A stretch of 64,000 nucleotides of DNA. Origin: Oscillospiraceae bacterium (GTDB taxonomy: Bacteria > Bacillota > Clostridia > Oscillospirales > Ruminococcaceae). Both the position numbers and the translations under genes were made by a program. The stretch covers positions 838 to 64,837 of the forward strand of contig JAGAJF010000148.1 in the NCBI GenBank assembly GCA_017829005.1, read 5' to 3'. The notes under the pieces are model-generated. The model saw only the letters and a list, made by a program, of their open reading frames with translations, did no database searches and had not been told where the DNA came from. Below, in pieces: positions 8,735 through 18,059 of the stretch (position 1 is the first letter of the stretch; each line of letters begins with the position of its first letter).

Positions 8735-8763
8735 ATAACGCTTTCCTCGGTACATTTGTGACA
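8735..8763 (-). promoter_or_regulatory. Candidate autoregulated ECF promoter
   Basis: TGTCAC-17-CGTTAT about 40 nt upstream of the sigma start; ECF-type CGT -10. Confidence 0.4.
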
Positions 8764-8770
8764 TAATATC

Positions 8771-8808
8771 AAAAAAATCCCGGGACACTTTGCAATGTGT
8801 CCCGGGAT
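8771..8808 (-). terminator. Terminator of the HD-GYP transcript
   Basis: atcccgggacac / gtgtcccgggat with T7 on the minus strand. Confidence 0.85.
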
Positions 8809-8812
8809 AATG

Positions 8813-9907
8813 TCAACCGTGAATAAGTCTCGCAGTTTCCTCGTCGCAGAGACCCGTTATCACGATATTCATATTTTTTCTGTAATCTCCCAGATCGTAT
8901 TCAATGCCCTCCTCGGTAACAACAAGGGGACGAAGGGGCTGATCGTTGTTGTTTTTCATAACCGTTGCAATTTCGCCGTTTGAGAGCTTGACCCTTGAGC
9001 CTGTGGGGAAGGGTGCTACCTTTCTCAGGAACGCATTGACCACATTTTCGTCAAAGTGGCTGTACATTCCGCCCATAATAAACTCAATGGCTTCATTTGG
9101 CGGCGCAGGGATACGGTAGGGGCGGTTGGAGGTAAGTGCATCATACACGTCCGCCACAGCTAAGATTCGTGCATACTCGTGTATCTCCTCGCCTTTGAGC
9201 TTCATAGGATAGCCCGAGCCGTCCCACCTTTCGTGATGACCGATAATGCCCAGACAGCAGTCCTCGGACACAAGCTTTCTCGCCTTCAGATGCTCTGCCG
9301 CATATATGGGGTGCAGCCTTACCACGTTGTATTCCTCGTCGGTGAGCCTGCCCTTTTTGTTTATTATCTCAATGGGAACGGAAACCTTGCCGATATCGTG
9401 AAGCAGACCCGCAACCCCCAGCTCGTCAAGCTTTTTGCGGTCATAGCCCATCTCAAGCCCGATAGCAATAGCCATAATAGCCACGCTGAGGCTGTGATGA
9501 TAGGTGTAATCGTCATACATCTTGATGTCTGCGATATTTATAAGTATGTCCTTTTTGGAGGCAAGCTCGTCAATAAGCTGCTCGGTGGTGTCGCCGATAG
9601 CGTCGATATCGCTCTGGGTAACGCCCTTGCTGCTGTCCATAAAATTATCCGCAAGGCTGTGGATATTGCTTATGGCATTTTCCTTTATCTGGCTGTTGAT
9701 GGAGGAAATTACTCTTGCTTCGCTGCTGCGGGTGTCGATAAAGGCACCTGCCACAACGCGGCTCATACGCATCTGCGTGATGTTCATATCGGTGAGCTTT
9801 GAGCCCGATCTCAGAGTGACCACCGCTCCTGCCGAAGCGTCAAAAAATGTGATCTCTCTCGCTATGCACATTCCCGGTGCAAGCTCGTTGGTCCTCAGGT
9901 AAACCAG
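8813..9907 (-). CDS. HD-GYP domain cyclic-dinucleotide phosphodiesterase, probable CTG start
   Basis: YTYHHS, LHDIGK, HHERWDGSGYP, ADVYDAL. GGAGG 8 nt before an in-frame CTG at 9907 gives M-VYLRTNELAPGM, the typical N-terminus. Confidence 0.88.
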   Translation of the reverse strand: MVYLRTNELAPGMCIAREITFFDASAGAVVTLRSGSKLTDMNITQMRMSRVVAGAFIDTRSSEARVISSINSQIKENAISNIHSLADNFMDSSKGVTQSDIDAIGDTTEQLIDELASKKDILINIADIKMYDDYTYHHSLSVAIMAIAIGLEMGYDRKKLDELGVAGLLHDIGKVSVPIEIINKKGRLTDEEYNVVRLHPIYAAEHLKARKLVSEDCCLGIIGHHERWDGSGYPMKLKGEEIHEYARILAVADVYDALTSNRPYRIPAPPNEAIEFIMGGMYSHFDENVVNAFLRKVAPFPTGSRVKLSNGEIATVMKNNNDQPLRPLVVTEEGIEYDLGDYRKNMNIVITGLCDEETARLIHG

Positions 9908-10012
9908 ACAGATTTCCTCCCTTCATACATATTGACAAGCCGCATATTACAGCCTGTCCCCGCATATTTATTTATCAGCGTGAAATGTCCTATACTGATT
10001 TTGCGGTAAACA

Positions 10013-10252
10013 TTACTGCTTGAGCTGAGCAAGACATTCGCTGCAGATGCATCTGTCCTTGAAGGTAAGGAGATTTTCGGCACAGCCGCAGAAAACACAG
10101 CTTTCTCCTGCCTTTTTGATGATGATACTGTCATTATCGGCGTATATCTCCACCGAGTCTCTGTTTTCAATGTTCAGATTTCTTCTCATTTCTATGGGGA
10201 TAACGACTCTTCCCAGTGCGTCAAGCTGTCTTGTTATAGCAGATGATCTCAT
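10013..10252 (-). CDS. abrB: AbrB/SpoVT-family transcriptional regulator
   Basis: ITRQLDALGRVVIPIEMRR...ESCVFCG. Confidence 0.85.
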   Translation of the reverse strand: MRSSAITRQLDALGRVVIPIEMRRNLNIENRDSVEIYADNDSIIIKKAGESCVFCGCAENLLTFKDRCICSECLAQLKQ

Positions 10253-10420
10253 AAACGGTCTCCTTTTTTTCAGTCTGTAAAGCGGTAAGGTTTACGCTTA
10301 ACAAATCTTTGCAATTTTTGTATAAAAATATTTATAACATATTATACCAATTTAATTAAAATATTACAAGAAGAAATGATGAACATTTTATTAACAATAC
10401 ATAAAAGAGGGGGATAAAGC

Positions 10421-11017
10421 TTGCTCACTTTTATTTTTTCACTGCTGATAATCATATCCATTATCGCAGGAGCGGCAACGGGAAACCTCCGAGAGCTTAC
10501 AGAGGCGGTTTTAAACGAGCCTGTGAACGCTGTGGAGCTGTGCATATATCTCTGCGGAGGAATGTGCTTCTGGGGGGGACTTATGCGTGTTGCAGAAAAG
10601 TCGGGGCTTACGGAAGGGCTTGCAAAGCTGTTCGCCCTGATACTGGGTGGGCTTTTTAAGGACATAGACAAGCAGGGACGGGCATTCAAGGCAATATGTA
10701 TGAACATAACCGCCAATCTTTTAGGTCTTGGAAATGCCGCCACGCCCTTCGGAATAGAAGCAATGAAAGCCCTTGCCGAGGAAGAGGGTGCAGGGGACAC
10801 CGCCACGCCCTCAATGGTGATATTTACCGTCATAAACACCGCCTCACTGACGCTGATACCATCTACCGCCCTGTCTCTCAGAATGAAATACGGTTCAGCC
10901 GATCCCATTGAGATAGTCCCTGCCGTGTGGATAACCTCAGCCGCCGCCCTTGCGGTCTCGGTAACTCTGGCAGTATTGCCCCTTTCGGGAAAAAGGAAAA
11001 GGGGGAAAAAGCTATGA
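10421..11017 (+). CDS. spmA: Spore maturation protein A
   Basis: FWGGLMRVAE, NLLGLGNAATPFGIEAM. Confidence 0.9.
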   Translation: MLTFIFSLLIIISIIAGAATGNLRELTEAVLNEPVNAVELCIYLCGGMCFWGGLMRVAEKSGLTEGLAKLFALILGGLFKDIDKQGRAFKAICMNITANLLGLGNAATPFGIEAMKALAEEEGAGDTATPSMVIFTVINTASLTLIPSTALSLRMKYGSADPIEIVPAVWITSAAALAVSVTLAVLPLSGKRKRGKKL

Positions 11018-11538
11018 CCGCCGCCGCTGCTGTAATACCTCTTATCATAGTTATCATCATTGCTCACGGGCTGTATAAAAAAGTGGACGTTTTCTCGGAA
11101 TTTGCAGAGGGGGCAAAGGAAAATCTGAAAACCTGCGCCGAGCTTCTGCCCACGCTCATTGCCCTGATAACCGCTGTGGGGTTGTTCAGGGCTTCCGGAG
11201 CGCAGGAGCTGATAACAGACTTTCTTTCGGGATTTTTTGACAGGATAGGCTTTCCTGCGGAGTGTCTGCCCCTTGCCCTTATCCGTCCCGTTTCGGGCAG
11301 CGGAGCGCTTGCGGTGTATGAGTCGCTTTTAGAGGAAAACGGTCCGGACAGCTTTGCGGGCAGGGTGGCGAGCGTGATGCTGGGCTCAACCGAGACTACA
11401 TTTTACACCCTTGCGGTATATTACGGAGCCGTCAGGATAAAAAACACCCGTCACACCCTTGCGGCATCACTTGCGGGGGATATGACAGGGTTTATTGTAA
11501 GCGTTCTAACGGTGAATATTTTCTTTGAACAAATATGA
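11014..11538 (+). CDS. spmB: Spore maturation protein B
   Basis: ATGA overlap with spmA; LIRPVSGSG, GSTETTFYTLAVY. Confidence 0.9.
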   Translation: MTAAAAVIPLIIVIIIAHGLYKKVDVFSEFAEGAKENLKTCAELLPTLIALITAVGLFRASGAQELITDFLSGFFDRIGFPAECLPLALIRPVSGSGALAVYESLLEENGPDSFAGRVASVMLGSTETTFYTLAVYYGAVRIKNTRHTLAASLAGDMTGFIVSVLTVNIFFEQI

Positions 11539-11575
11539 ACATACTGTAAATTTTGACTTTTGGCATTTTATTCTG

Positions 11576-11604
11576 TTGACAAGTGAGCTTTGTTTTGGTA
11601 TAAT
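11576..11604 (+). promoter_or_regulatory. tRNA promoter
   Basis: TTGACA-17-TATAAT. Confidence 0.85.
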
Positions 11605-11636
11605 AATTAAGCATTGTGTATGAAAGCACATTGTTT

Positions 11637-11712
11637 GAGCCATTAGCTCAGTCGGCAGAGCATTTGACTTTTAATCAAAGGGTCTGGGGTTCAAATCCCC
11701 AATGGCTCACCA
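11637..11712 (+). tRNA. tRNA-Lys(UUU)
   Basis: 76 nt; acceptor gagccat/atggctc, anticodon loop CTTTTAA, GGTTCAAAT T-loop, encoded CCA. Confidence 0.97.
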
Positions 11713-11713
11713 G

Positions 11714-11748
11714 AAACCGTCGGTCTTTTTTGAGACTGACGGTTTTTT
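11714..11748 (+). terminator. tRNA terminator
   Basis: aaaccgtcggtct / agactgacggttt with T tract. Confidence 0.8.
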
Positions 11749-11804
11749 TATTTATTCTGTTTTATCCACAAAAAACCGCCTTGACTCCTCAGGGCGGTCT
11801 ATCA

Positions 11805-11933
11805 TTATGCAGGATTTTTACGGGAGGGGTCAGCTTTGGTTTTCTCTTCGTATTTCTTTTTTAAAAGGGCTTCCATTTTTTTTATTTCGTCTGCCTTTAC
11901 TGTATCAAGTTTTCCGAAATTATTGTTTTTCAT
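11805..11933 (-). CDS. 42-aa basic small protein (not in ORF track)
   Basis: AAGGAGG SD 6 nt before ATG; MKNNNFGKLDTVKADEIKKMEALLKKKYEEKTKADPSRKNPA. Confidence 0.6.
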   Translation of the reverse strand: MKNNNFGKLDTVKADEIKKMEALLKKKYEEKTKADPSRKNPA

Positions 11934-11945
11934 AGTCAGACCTCC

Positions 11946-12517
11946 TTACATAGAAATTATTCCGCATTTTTTACATACCTTTAAAAAACGTTTAACGACT
12001 TCGGCGTCATTTTCCTCGTCTAAAACATCAATGCTGTAATCGCTTCTTATTTGGATAAGAGCTTCATAAGCGTACTCAAAGCTGTAGTTTTCGGACTTGT
12101 ACAAAATGTGTACATCGCCTGTGTTTGTTACTACAGTTATTCCCCCGATATTATCGTGCATCAGAAACACGCCGAGATCCGTATAGGAAAAGCTTTTTGT
12201 GCTTGGGTGATTATGGAGAAGATACAATTCTTTTTCAGAGCTTCTGTTAAGCATTTCAAATGCAAACGGGTTCGCAAATATGTCAACGCTTGCTTCGTCG
12301 CCAAACTGAACTTCGTAATTTAATGTTTTAGTGTTGAAAAGAAAGGCAACCTCATTGCTGTCATTTTCGTTCATTGATCTGCGTAACAATTCTTTGTGCA
12401 ATTCGTTTAATTTTGAGTTTTGTTCCTCTGAAAAGTGAGGAATGGCTTGAGTATCAGCTTTTGAAATGGCAATATCTGTAATTTCTATTTTTTATCACGT
12501 GTTTTAGCCTGCTGCAA
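11946..12517 (-). pseudogene. JAB/MPN-like (HNHPS) protein gene interrupted by a 1-nt frameshift
   Basis: SD AAGGAG, TTG start at 12517 (MQQAKTRDKK); one extra A in the A6 run at 12493-12488 joins it to IEITDIAISK...NEVAF...HNHPSTKSFSYTD; AT-rich. Confidence 0.65.
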
Positions 12518-12735
12518 AATTTCCCACTCCTTATATTTATTATACCATTTTCACCACCTTTGTCAAGCGGTTTTATGAGTATTTCCCCTGTCACCGTCAA
12601 TGAAAGCTTTGCTTTATCAAACTGCCACAAAAGTGCATATAAAAGAAGCGAAAATCTATTGAAATCCCGCAGATAATGATGTATAATCATATCATCAGGT
12701 AACAAAAAAACTATCGGGAAAGGACGGTAATAAAA

Positions 12736-13743
12736 ATGGCTATTTTAGTAACAGGCGGAGCAGGCTATATCGGTTCCCACACCTGCGTGGAGCTTCTGAA
12801 TGCAGGGGAGGACATCGTAGTCCTCGATAATCTTTCCAACTCAAAGGAAAGAGCGGTGGAGATAATCAAGGAGCTTACGGGCAAGGATTTTAAATTCTAC
12901 AAAGCCGATCTTCTTGACAGAGAAGCTGTGGAAAAGGTCTTTGAGGAGAATGACATTGACTCGGTCATTCATTTTGCAGGTCTCAAGGCGGTGGGCGAGT
13001 CGGTGAGAAAGCCCATTGAATATTACCACAACAACATCACAGGCACCCTTATCCTCTGTGATGTTATGAGAAACCACGGCTGCAAGAGGATCGTTTTCAG
13101 CTCCTCCGCAACGGTTTACGGCTCACCCAAGTCCGTGCCTATCAGAGAGGACTTCCCTCTTTCCACCACCAACCCCTACGGCTCCACAAAGCTTATGATA
13201 GAGGGCATTCTGCAGGATATCTGCAAGTCGGACAGTGAGTGGAGCGTGGCTCTGCTCAGATACTTCAACCCCATCGGCGCCCACAAGAGCGGAAAGCTGG
13301 GCGAAAATCCCAACGGAATCCCCAACAATCTTATGCCCTACATTCAGCAGGTGGCAGTGGGCAAGCTTCCCTGTCTGGGAGTTTTCGGAAACGATTATCC
13401 CACTCACGACGGCACAGGCGTAAGAGACTATATCCATGTTGTAGATCTTGCTCTCGGTCATCTCAAGGCTATAAGCAAGGTAAGAAATATGACAGGCGTG
13501 GGTATCTGGAACCTTGGCACAGGCAAGGGCTACTCCGTACTTGACGTGGTGAACGCATTTATTAAGGCGAGCGGCGTTAATATCCCCTATGAGATAAAGG
13601 AGCGCAGAGCGGGCGATATTGCCGAGTGCTACGCAGACCCGGCAAAGGCTTTAAACGAGCTTGGCTGGAAGGCGGAGCGTGACATAAACGAAATGTGCGA
13701 GGACAGCTGGAGATTTATCAAGAATAATCCCGAGGGACTTTAA
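12736..13743 (+). CDS. galE: UDP-glucose 4-epimerase
   Basis: [33 protein letters not shown]. Confidence 0.97.
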   Translation: MAILVTGGAGYIGSHTCVELLNAGEDIVVLDNLSNSKERAVEIIKELTGKDFKFYKADLLDREAVEKVFEENDIDSVIHFAGLKAVGESVRKPIEYYHNNITGTLILCDVMRNHGCKRIVFSSSATVYGSPKSVPIREDFPLSTTNPYGSTKLMIEGILQDICKSDSEWSVALLRYFNPIGAHKSGKLGENPNGIPNNLMPYIQQVAVGKLPCLGVFGNDYPTHDGTGVRDYIHVVDLALGHLKAISKVRNMTGVGIWNLGTGKGYSVLDVVNAFIKASGVNIPYEIKERRAGDIAECYADPAKALNELGWKAERDINEMCEDSWRFIKNNPEGL

Positions 13744-13750
13744 TTAACAA

Positions 13751-13798
13751 AGCAGGACTTTACGGAAGATCATATCCCGTAAAGTCCTGCTGTTTTTT
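13751..13798. terminator. Bidirectional terminator
   Basis: agcaggactttacgg / ccgtaaagtcctgct. Confidence 0.85.
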
Positions 13799-13807
13799 AT
13801 GTTAGCT

Positions 13808-14314
13808 TTATTCGTTTGCCGAAAGTCTTTCCTCGATAAGCCTGCCCACCTCATTTTCGGGTATCCCGAGAACAGCGGAAAATTCCGCGCTTATCTGCCT
13901 GCAGGCGGCGGAAAGAGCCTTTTCGTCACAGGCGATAAGCTCCTTGCCCTCTGCATTGCGGCGGCTTTTTTCCTCAAGCAGCTCTCTTATCATTCCTATG
14001 ATAAGGGAGCTGTCGCCGCTTTTAACGGTCTGACTGAGTATTGCCTTGCGCCTGTTCTTGTCGCTGTCGGTGAGAGCCCTTTCACGAGTGCTGTTGTCAA
14101 TGGCGGCGTATATCTCCTCTCTTGTCATCAGAGGGCGCACTCTGTCCTCTATCCTGTCCGCAGGAACGTAATAGCAGGAAGCAGGCGCATTCTCGGGGAT
14201 AAGGCGAAGATATTCCTCACGGTGAACGCCGTCAAAGCATTTCGTGCAAAGCTCGTCTGTCCTGCAAAGCTCTCTGCCGTCATAGATGACCCGCTGTCCT
14301 TTTTCAAAGCTCAT
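13808..14314 (-). CDS. CarD-family transcription factor (divergent clostridial paralog)
   Basis: Start MSFEKGQRVIY via ATGA overlap with upstream gene; VRPLMTREE, DEKAL..A...EF..VLG pattern. Confidence 0.7.
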   Translation of the reverse strand: MSFEKGQRVIYDGRELCRTDELCTKCFDGVHREEYLRLIPENAPASCYYVPADRIEDRVRPLMTREEIYAAIDNSTRERALTDSDKNRRKAILSQTVKSGDSSLIIGMIRELLEEKSRRNAEGKELIACDEKALSAACRQISAEFSAVLGIPENEVGRLIEERLSANE

Positions 14315-14580
14315 ACCCCATCGCCTCCGCCGTCTTTCCACGGGCGTTTTCCGCCGTAATATTTCTTTGCTATCCTCGACTGCTCCTCCTCCGAAAGCAG
14401 GGACAGACGGGATTTCCAGCCGCTCAGGTCGGTGATGTGTTCCCCGGGAGAGAAAAATGTGCATTTTTCACCTGTGCAGCGCGGAAAGCTCAGCCGCTCA
14501 CAGCCGCCCTTTTCATTTAAAAAGCGGCAGTCGGGCAGGCTGAGCATTTCCTCATCTCCTATAGGAGAATGTTTTCTCAT
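14311..14580 (-). CDS. Small Cys-rich hypothetical protein
   Basis: C-x8-C-x7-C-x4-C cluster; translationally coupled to the CarD-like gene; true start may be MLSLPDC (14547). Confidence 0.65.
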   Translation of the reverse strand: MRKHSPIGDEEMLSLPDCRFLNEKGGCERLSFPRCTGEKCTFFSPGEHITDLSGWKSRLSLLSEEEQSRIAKKYYGGKRPWKDGGGDGV

Positions 14581-14595
14581 AAGCCGTCCTCCAAA

Positions 14596-14793
14596 TCAGT
14601 CAAAGTAATCTCCTACGTCGTACTGATTGTACTGCTTTTTGATGCGGGTAATAAATCCGTCGTTTTTCGGCTCGGCGCTTATAATGCGGAATTTTACGCC
14701 CTTGCGCTCAAGCTGTCCCTTGAAGGCTTCAAATTCTTCCTCTGTTTCAAATTTTATAGTCTGCTCAAGGCAGGCGGTGATTATTCTTTTCAT
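14596..14793 (-). CDS. 65-aa hypothetical protein
   Basis: First gene of a 3-gene minus-strand unit; normal composition (MKRIITACLEQTIKF). Confidence 0.7.
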   Translation of the reverse strand: MKRIITACLEQTIKFETEEEFEAFKGQLERKGVKFRIISAEPKNDGFITRIKKQYNQYDVGDYFD

Positions 14794-14954
14794 TTAATTG
14801 ACCATCTTTCCGAGAGACATTTCTCTCAAATTTATAATATAATTTTATCATATCAAAAAAATTTTTTCAAAGGCGATTTTACACAAAAAAATACGCTTCA
14901 TATACGGCAAAAAACGCATAGGCAAGGCTCAAAATAAAAATGCTCGGATAACTG

Positions 14955-15119
14955 CCGTTACCGAGCTGTATGGTTATTTTCAAAAGCAAACTATAGAACG
15001 GGTGGCTGCAGGCTCAGCCTTCAAGGTTCAAAGTAAAAATCAAAAATTTCTGCCGTTACCGAGCCGTATGGTTATTTTCCAAATAAATTATAGAACGAGT
15101 GGCTGCAGGCTCAGCCTGC
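14955..15119 (+). repeat. Two tandem copies of a dispersed ~67-bp palindromic element (14955-15020, 15053-15119)
   Basis: CCGTTACCGAGC..N15..AATAAATTATAGAACGAGTGGCTGCAGGCTCAGCCTG. Confidence 0.9.
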
Positions 15120-15132
15120 CTGCCTGCAAATA

Positions 15133-15472
15133 AAAAAGCGTCCGCTGCAAGGACGCTTGAAATAAGGAAAATTAAATTATATATTACTCCACAAGGAGGG
15201 TGGAGGAGATATTGGGCGCCGCCCATATTTTTCGGAAGGCGGATATTCCTGCATACCTTCCGCACTATGGACAGCATTTAAAAAAATATGTTGATATCCT
15301 ATTGTTTCAGAGATCAAACTAAGCTGCAGCGCTTGCAATGCAGGGGGCGTTATACGCTGCATTTTCCGGAATGACCGCCGCACAGGGGTGAAGGCGGCGG
15401 CATACCGTATCATAAAAGGAGAGATGGATATAAGGGGTTCTGTCGGATACGGGATATGGGGGATATCCCGTA
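15133..15472. ncRNA. Candidate structured ncRNA (chain of about seven hairpins), strand unresolved
   Basis: Gene-free region with consecutive GC-rich stems; minus-strand terminator at 15133-15158; plus-strand TTGAAA-17-TATATT at 15157-15185. Confidence 0.35.
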
Positions 15473-15663
15473 TCATTCCCTTATCGTGATTACATTATAA
15501 CCGACGAATGTGATAAGAATATGAAAGGAAAGGGAAAAGGAGAAAAAATTACCTTATCCTTTCTTTGATATCATTATATCCCCGCAGCAATGTAAAAAGC
15601 TGTCGGAACAGGAAGGGATACAAAAAAATTCCGCCCATCTTTTAAGATGAACGGAAATCTGCA

Positions 15664-16314
15664 TTACTTCTTTTCATCGGCGACCTCAACAGCGGTCTTG
15701 TTGGCAAGCTCCTTGATCTTTACGCTGTAATATGTACCGAAATAATCCTCAACGCCGTCAACTGTGTCATAGGTAAGCTGCATCGTAAGAGTTACCTCAA
15801 AGCTTGAGAGGGTCATTACCGTAACATTGTCGAGGGTGAGGTCAACGCCCTCTGTGCCTGTTACCGTTGATACCACCGCTTCCTCGGCAGGAGCGTACTT
15901 GGCGATAAGAGCCGCCTTTTTATATTTGTAATACTCCTCGGCGGTCTTTCTGTCCAGCTTGCAGGGGACTTCCTCCATATAGGCGGTAAGGTAATTCTCC
16001 CCGTCGGACTCGCTGTACTTGAAGGTGTAGGTGATAAGGGAGTCATCTGCATAGAAGAACTGACTGTCAGCAGGTATTCGGTCCTTTATCTCCATAAGGT
16101 CGGTGTCGGTGCTGACGCACCATATCTCGGTATCGCTGTCGTAATAAAGCTCCGTACCCGAATTAAGGGCGATTATTTTCTTCATAGGCATTCCGAGCCT
16201 TACCTTGCTGAGTACACCCGTGTAGGTATCGGTGGGAGCCTCCTCCTTTTTGCAGCCGCAGAATATGGAGAGTGCGGACAGTATCACAAGCAGCATTGCT
16301 GTTATCTTTTTCAT
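15664..16314 (-). CDS. Lipoprotein, unknown function
   Basis: MKK, hydrophobic stretch, lipobox FCGC; terminator hairpin at about 15627-15657. Confidence 0.8.
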   Translation of the reverse strand: MKKITAMLLVILSALSIFCGCKKEEAPTDTYTGVLSKVRLGMPMKKIIALNSGTELYYDSDTEIWCVSTDTDLMEIKDRIPADSQFFYADDSLITYTFKYSESDGENYLTAYMEEVPCKLDRKTAEEYYKYKKAALIAKYAPAEEAVVSTVTGTEGVDLTLDNVTVMTLSSFEVTLTMQLTYDTVDGVEDYFGTYYSVKIKELANKTAVEVADEKK

Positions 16315-16511
16315 ATCGTTACAACCTCACATATGTAAAATTGATGACTATATATATAATAATATAAATCTCGGCAATTGTCAAGGAATTTTTATAGTGA
16401 TTTTACAAATCTGTGCAGATATATTTCCGAATAATTTTCCGCTGCTCTTGATTATCGCGGAAAAATGTGGTATAATAACAATATTACGATCATAAAGGTG
16501 GCATTGTCATT

Positions 16512-17222
16512 ATGAAGGGCTACAGAATAAGTATCCTCCGCCACGGCAAAACATCGGCGAATGAGGAAGGAATATACATCGGAAAGACAGACCTCCCCCT
16601 GTCGGAAGCGGGCAAGGAGGAGCTGAGAGAGCTTTACGAAACACATGAATATCCCAAGGTGCAGAAGGTCTACACCAGCCCTCTTGAAAGAGCGGTGCAG
16701 TCGGCGGAGATACTCTTTCCCGACAGGGAGATAGAAGAGGTGGACGATCTTCGTGAAATGGATTTCGGAATTTTTGAGGGCATAAGAGCCGAGGAGCTTT
16801 TAGAGCTTGATACTTACAAAAAATGGCTGAAGGGCGGTCTTGACAACCCTCCTCCGGGCGGCGAGAGCCTTCGGAATATGATGGTGCGCTGCTACACTGC
16901 ACTTAACGGCATTATCCTCGATATGATGGAAAACAATATTACCCACTCGGGAATTATGACCCATTCGGGTATACTTATGAATATGATGTCCTGCTTCGGG
17001 CTGCCCAAAATGAAGCCTATGCAGTTTGCCTGCCCCAGAGGACATGGCTACGAGATAATGGTAACGGCTCAGATGTGGCAGCAGGGCTACTGCTTTGAGA
17101 TACTGGGCAAGATACCCGGATATCAGGCTGTGGGCTACAATGACGCAGGAGAAGCCCTGTTCGATTACGGTGACGGCTCCGATGAGGGCTATGACGACGG
17201 CTATGAGGACGAGAGAGATTAA
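16512..17222 (+). CDS. Histidine phosphatase family protein (CobC/PGM-like)
   Basis: LRHGKT, YTSPLERA, LREMDFG, THSG. Confidence 0.88.
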   Translation: MKGYRISILRHGKTSANEEGIYIGKTDLPLSEAGKEELRELYETHEYPKVQKVYTSPLERAVQSAEILFPDREIEEVDDLREMDFGIFEGIRAEELLELDTYKKWLKGGLDNPPPGGESLRNMMVRCYTALNGIILDMMENNITHSGIMTHSGILMNMMSCFGLPKMKPMQFACPRGHGYEIMVTAQMWQQGYCFEILGKIPGYQAVGYNDAGEALFDYGDGSDEGYDDGYEDERD

Positions 17223-18027
17223 GATAATGGCAAGGGAGCTTCTGAGAGGCTGCTTTGCCGAGTCTGCTTTTATAAGTATGCTGAATATCGGGCTTTTTCT
17301 TATGACCTACCTGCTTATTATCCTTGCGGGACGGTTGACCGGGGCGCATACCTCCGAGTCTCTTTTTCCCGTTTTCAGCTCATGCCCGCCTTTGTTTATC
17401 ATATTTGTATGCGTGATACTTCTGGCGGCGTATATCCTGTCCGCACCCATATATTACGGCTCAAAGTGGTTCTTCTGGCAGGCAGCGGCAGGAAATACCA
17501 TGCCTGCTTCCTCGGTATTTGCAGGCTACAGCTCCCCCGAGCAGTTCAAGCTGTGCATAAAGCTCAGAGTGCTTTCGGATATCCGCAGGCTGCCCTATAT
17601 CCTTATATTCAGCACGGCGGCTGTGGTGGAAGCTGTTCTTGCACAGCGTATGCTTTCCCGGGGAGCAGGCAGCGGCACCACATTTCTTATATACGCAGGT
17701 CTGGTGGTTGTGTCTGTGGGCGTGGTATATATGTGCTTCTGTGCGGGACTGAGATGCGTTCCTGTGGGATTTCTCCTTGCCGACGATCCCGACGCTGTTG
17801 TTTCCAACATTTTCGAGCTGAGCGAACAGGTGGTCAAAAGGAATGCAGGCCGCCTTATGAAGCTGTACATATCCTTTATAGGCTGGTTTCTTGCCTGTCT
17901 GCCTGCATTTCCCATTATGATACTTATTCCCTATTTCAACGTTTCACTGGCTGTTCTGCTCAGAGACTGCATTGAAGGGTCTCAGGAAAAGGCAAGGGCT
18001 GATGTAAAGGAAGAAGTTACGGTCTGA
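17203..18027 (+). CDS. DUF975-like membrane protein
   Basis: MRTREIKIMARELL start type; KLYISFIGW...IPYFNVS end motif; 4-5 TM; exact start uncertain. Confidence 0.65.
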   Translation: MRTREIKIMARELLRGCFAESAFISMLNIGLFLMTYLLIILAGRLTGAHTSESLFPVFSSCPPLFIIFVCVILLAAYILSAPIYYGSKWFFWQAAAGNTMPASSVFAGYSSPEQFKLCIKLRVLSDIRRLPYILIFSTAAVVEAVLAQRMLSRGAGSGTTFLIYAGLVVVSVGVVYMCFCAGLRCVPVGFLLADDPDAVVSNIFELSEQVVKRNAGRLMKLYISFIGWFLACLPAFPIMILIPYFNVSLAVLLRDCIEGSQEKARADVKEEVTV

Positions 18028-18059
18028 TGACCGTTTGAAAAATTACAGGAGGAATGTTT

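Noticed and set aside
9895-9945. Programmed frameshift joining MRLVNMYEG... to the HD-GYP frame
   Set aside because: There is no slippery site, and an SD with an in-frame CTG explains the N-terminus more simply.
11637-12600. tRNA-Lys as the att site of an integrated element
   Set aside because: I found no duplicated tRNA 3' end and no integrase in the window; only a two-gene islet follows.
15133-15472. Hairpin region as tmRNA, RNase P or 6S RNA
   Set aside because: It lacks tRNA-like ends, GAGGAAAGUCC and a long closing stem with central bubble; a GACAGAACCC match is at the wrong end for RNase P.
15177-15476. 99-aa minus-strand ORF in the hairpin region
   Set aside because: The SD abuts the ATG with no spacer, and the Pro-rich sequence is explained by the GC hairpins; an RNA interpretation is preferred, though translation is not excluded.
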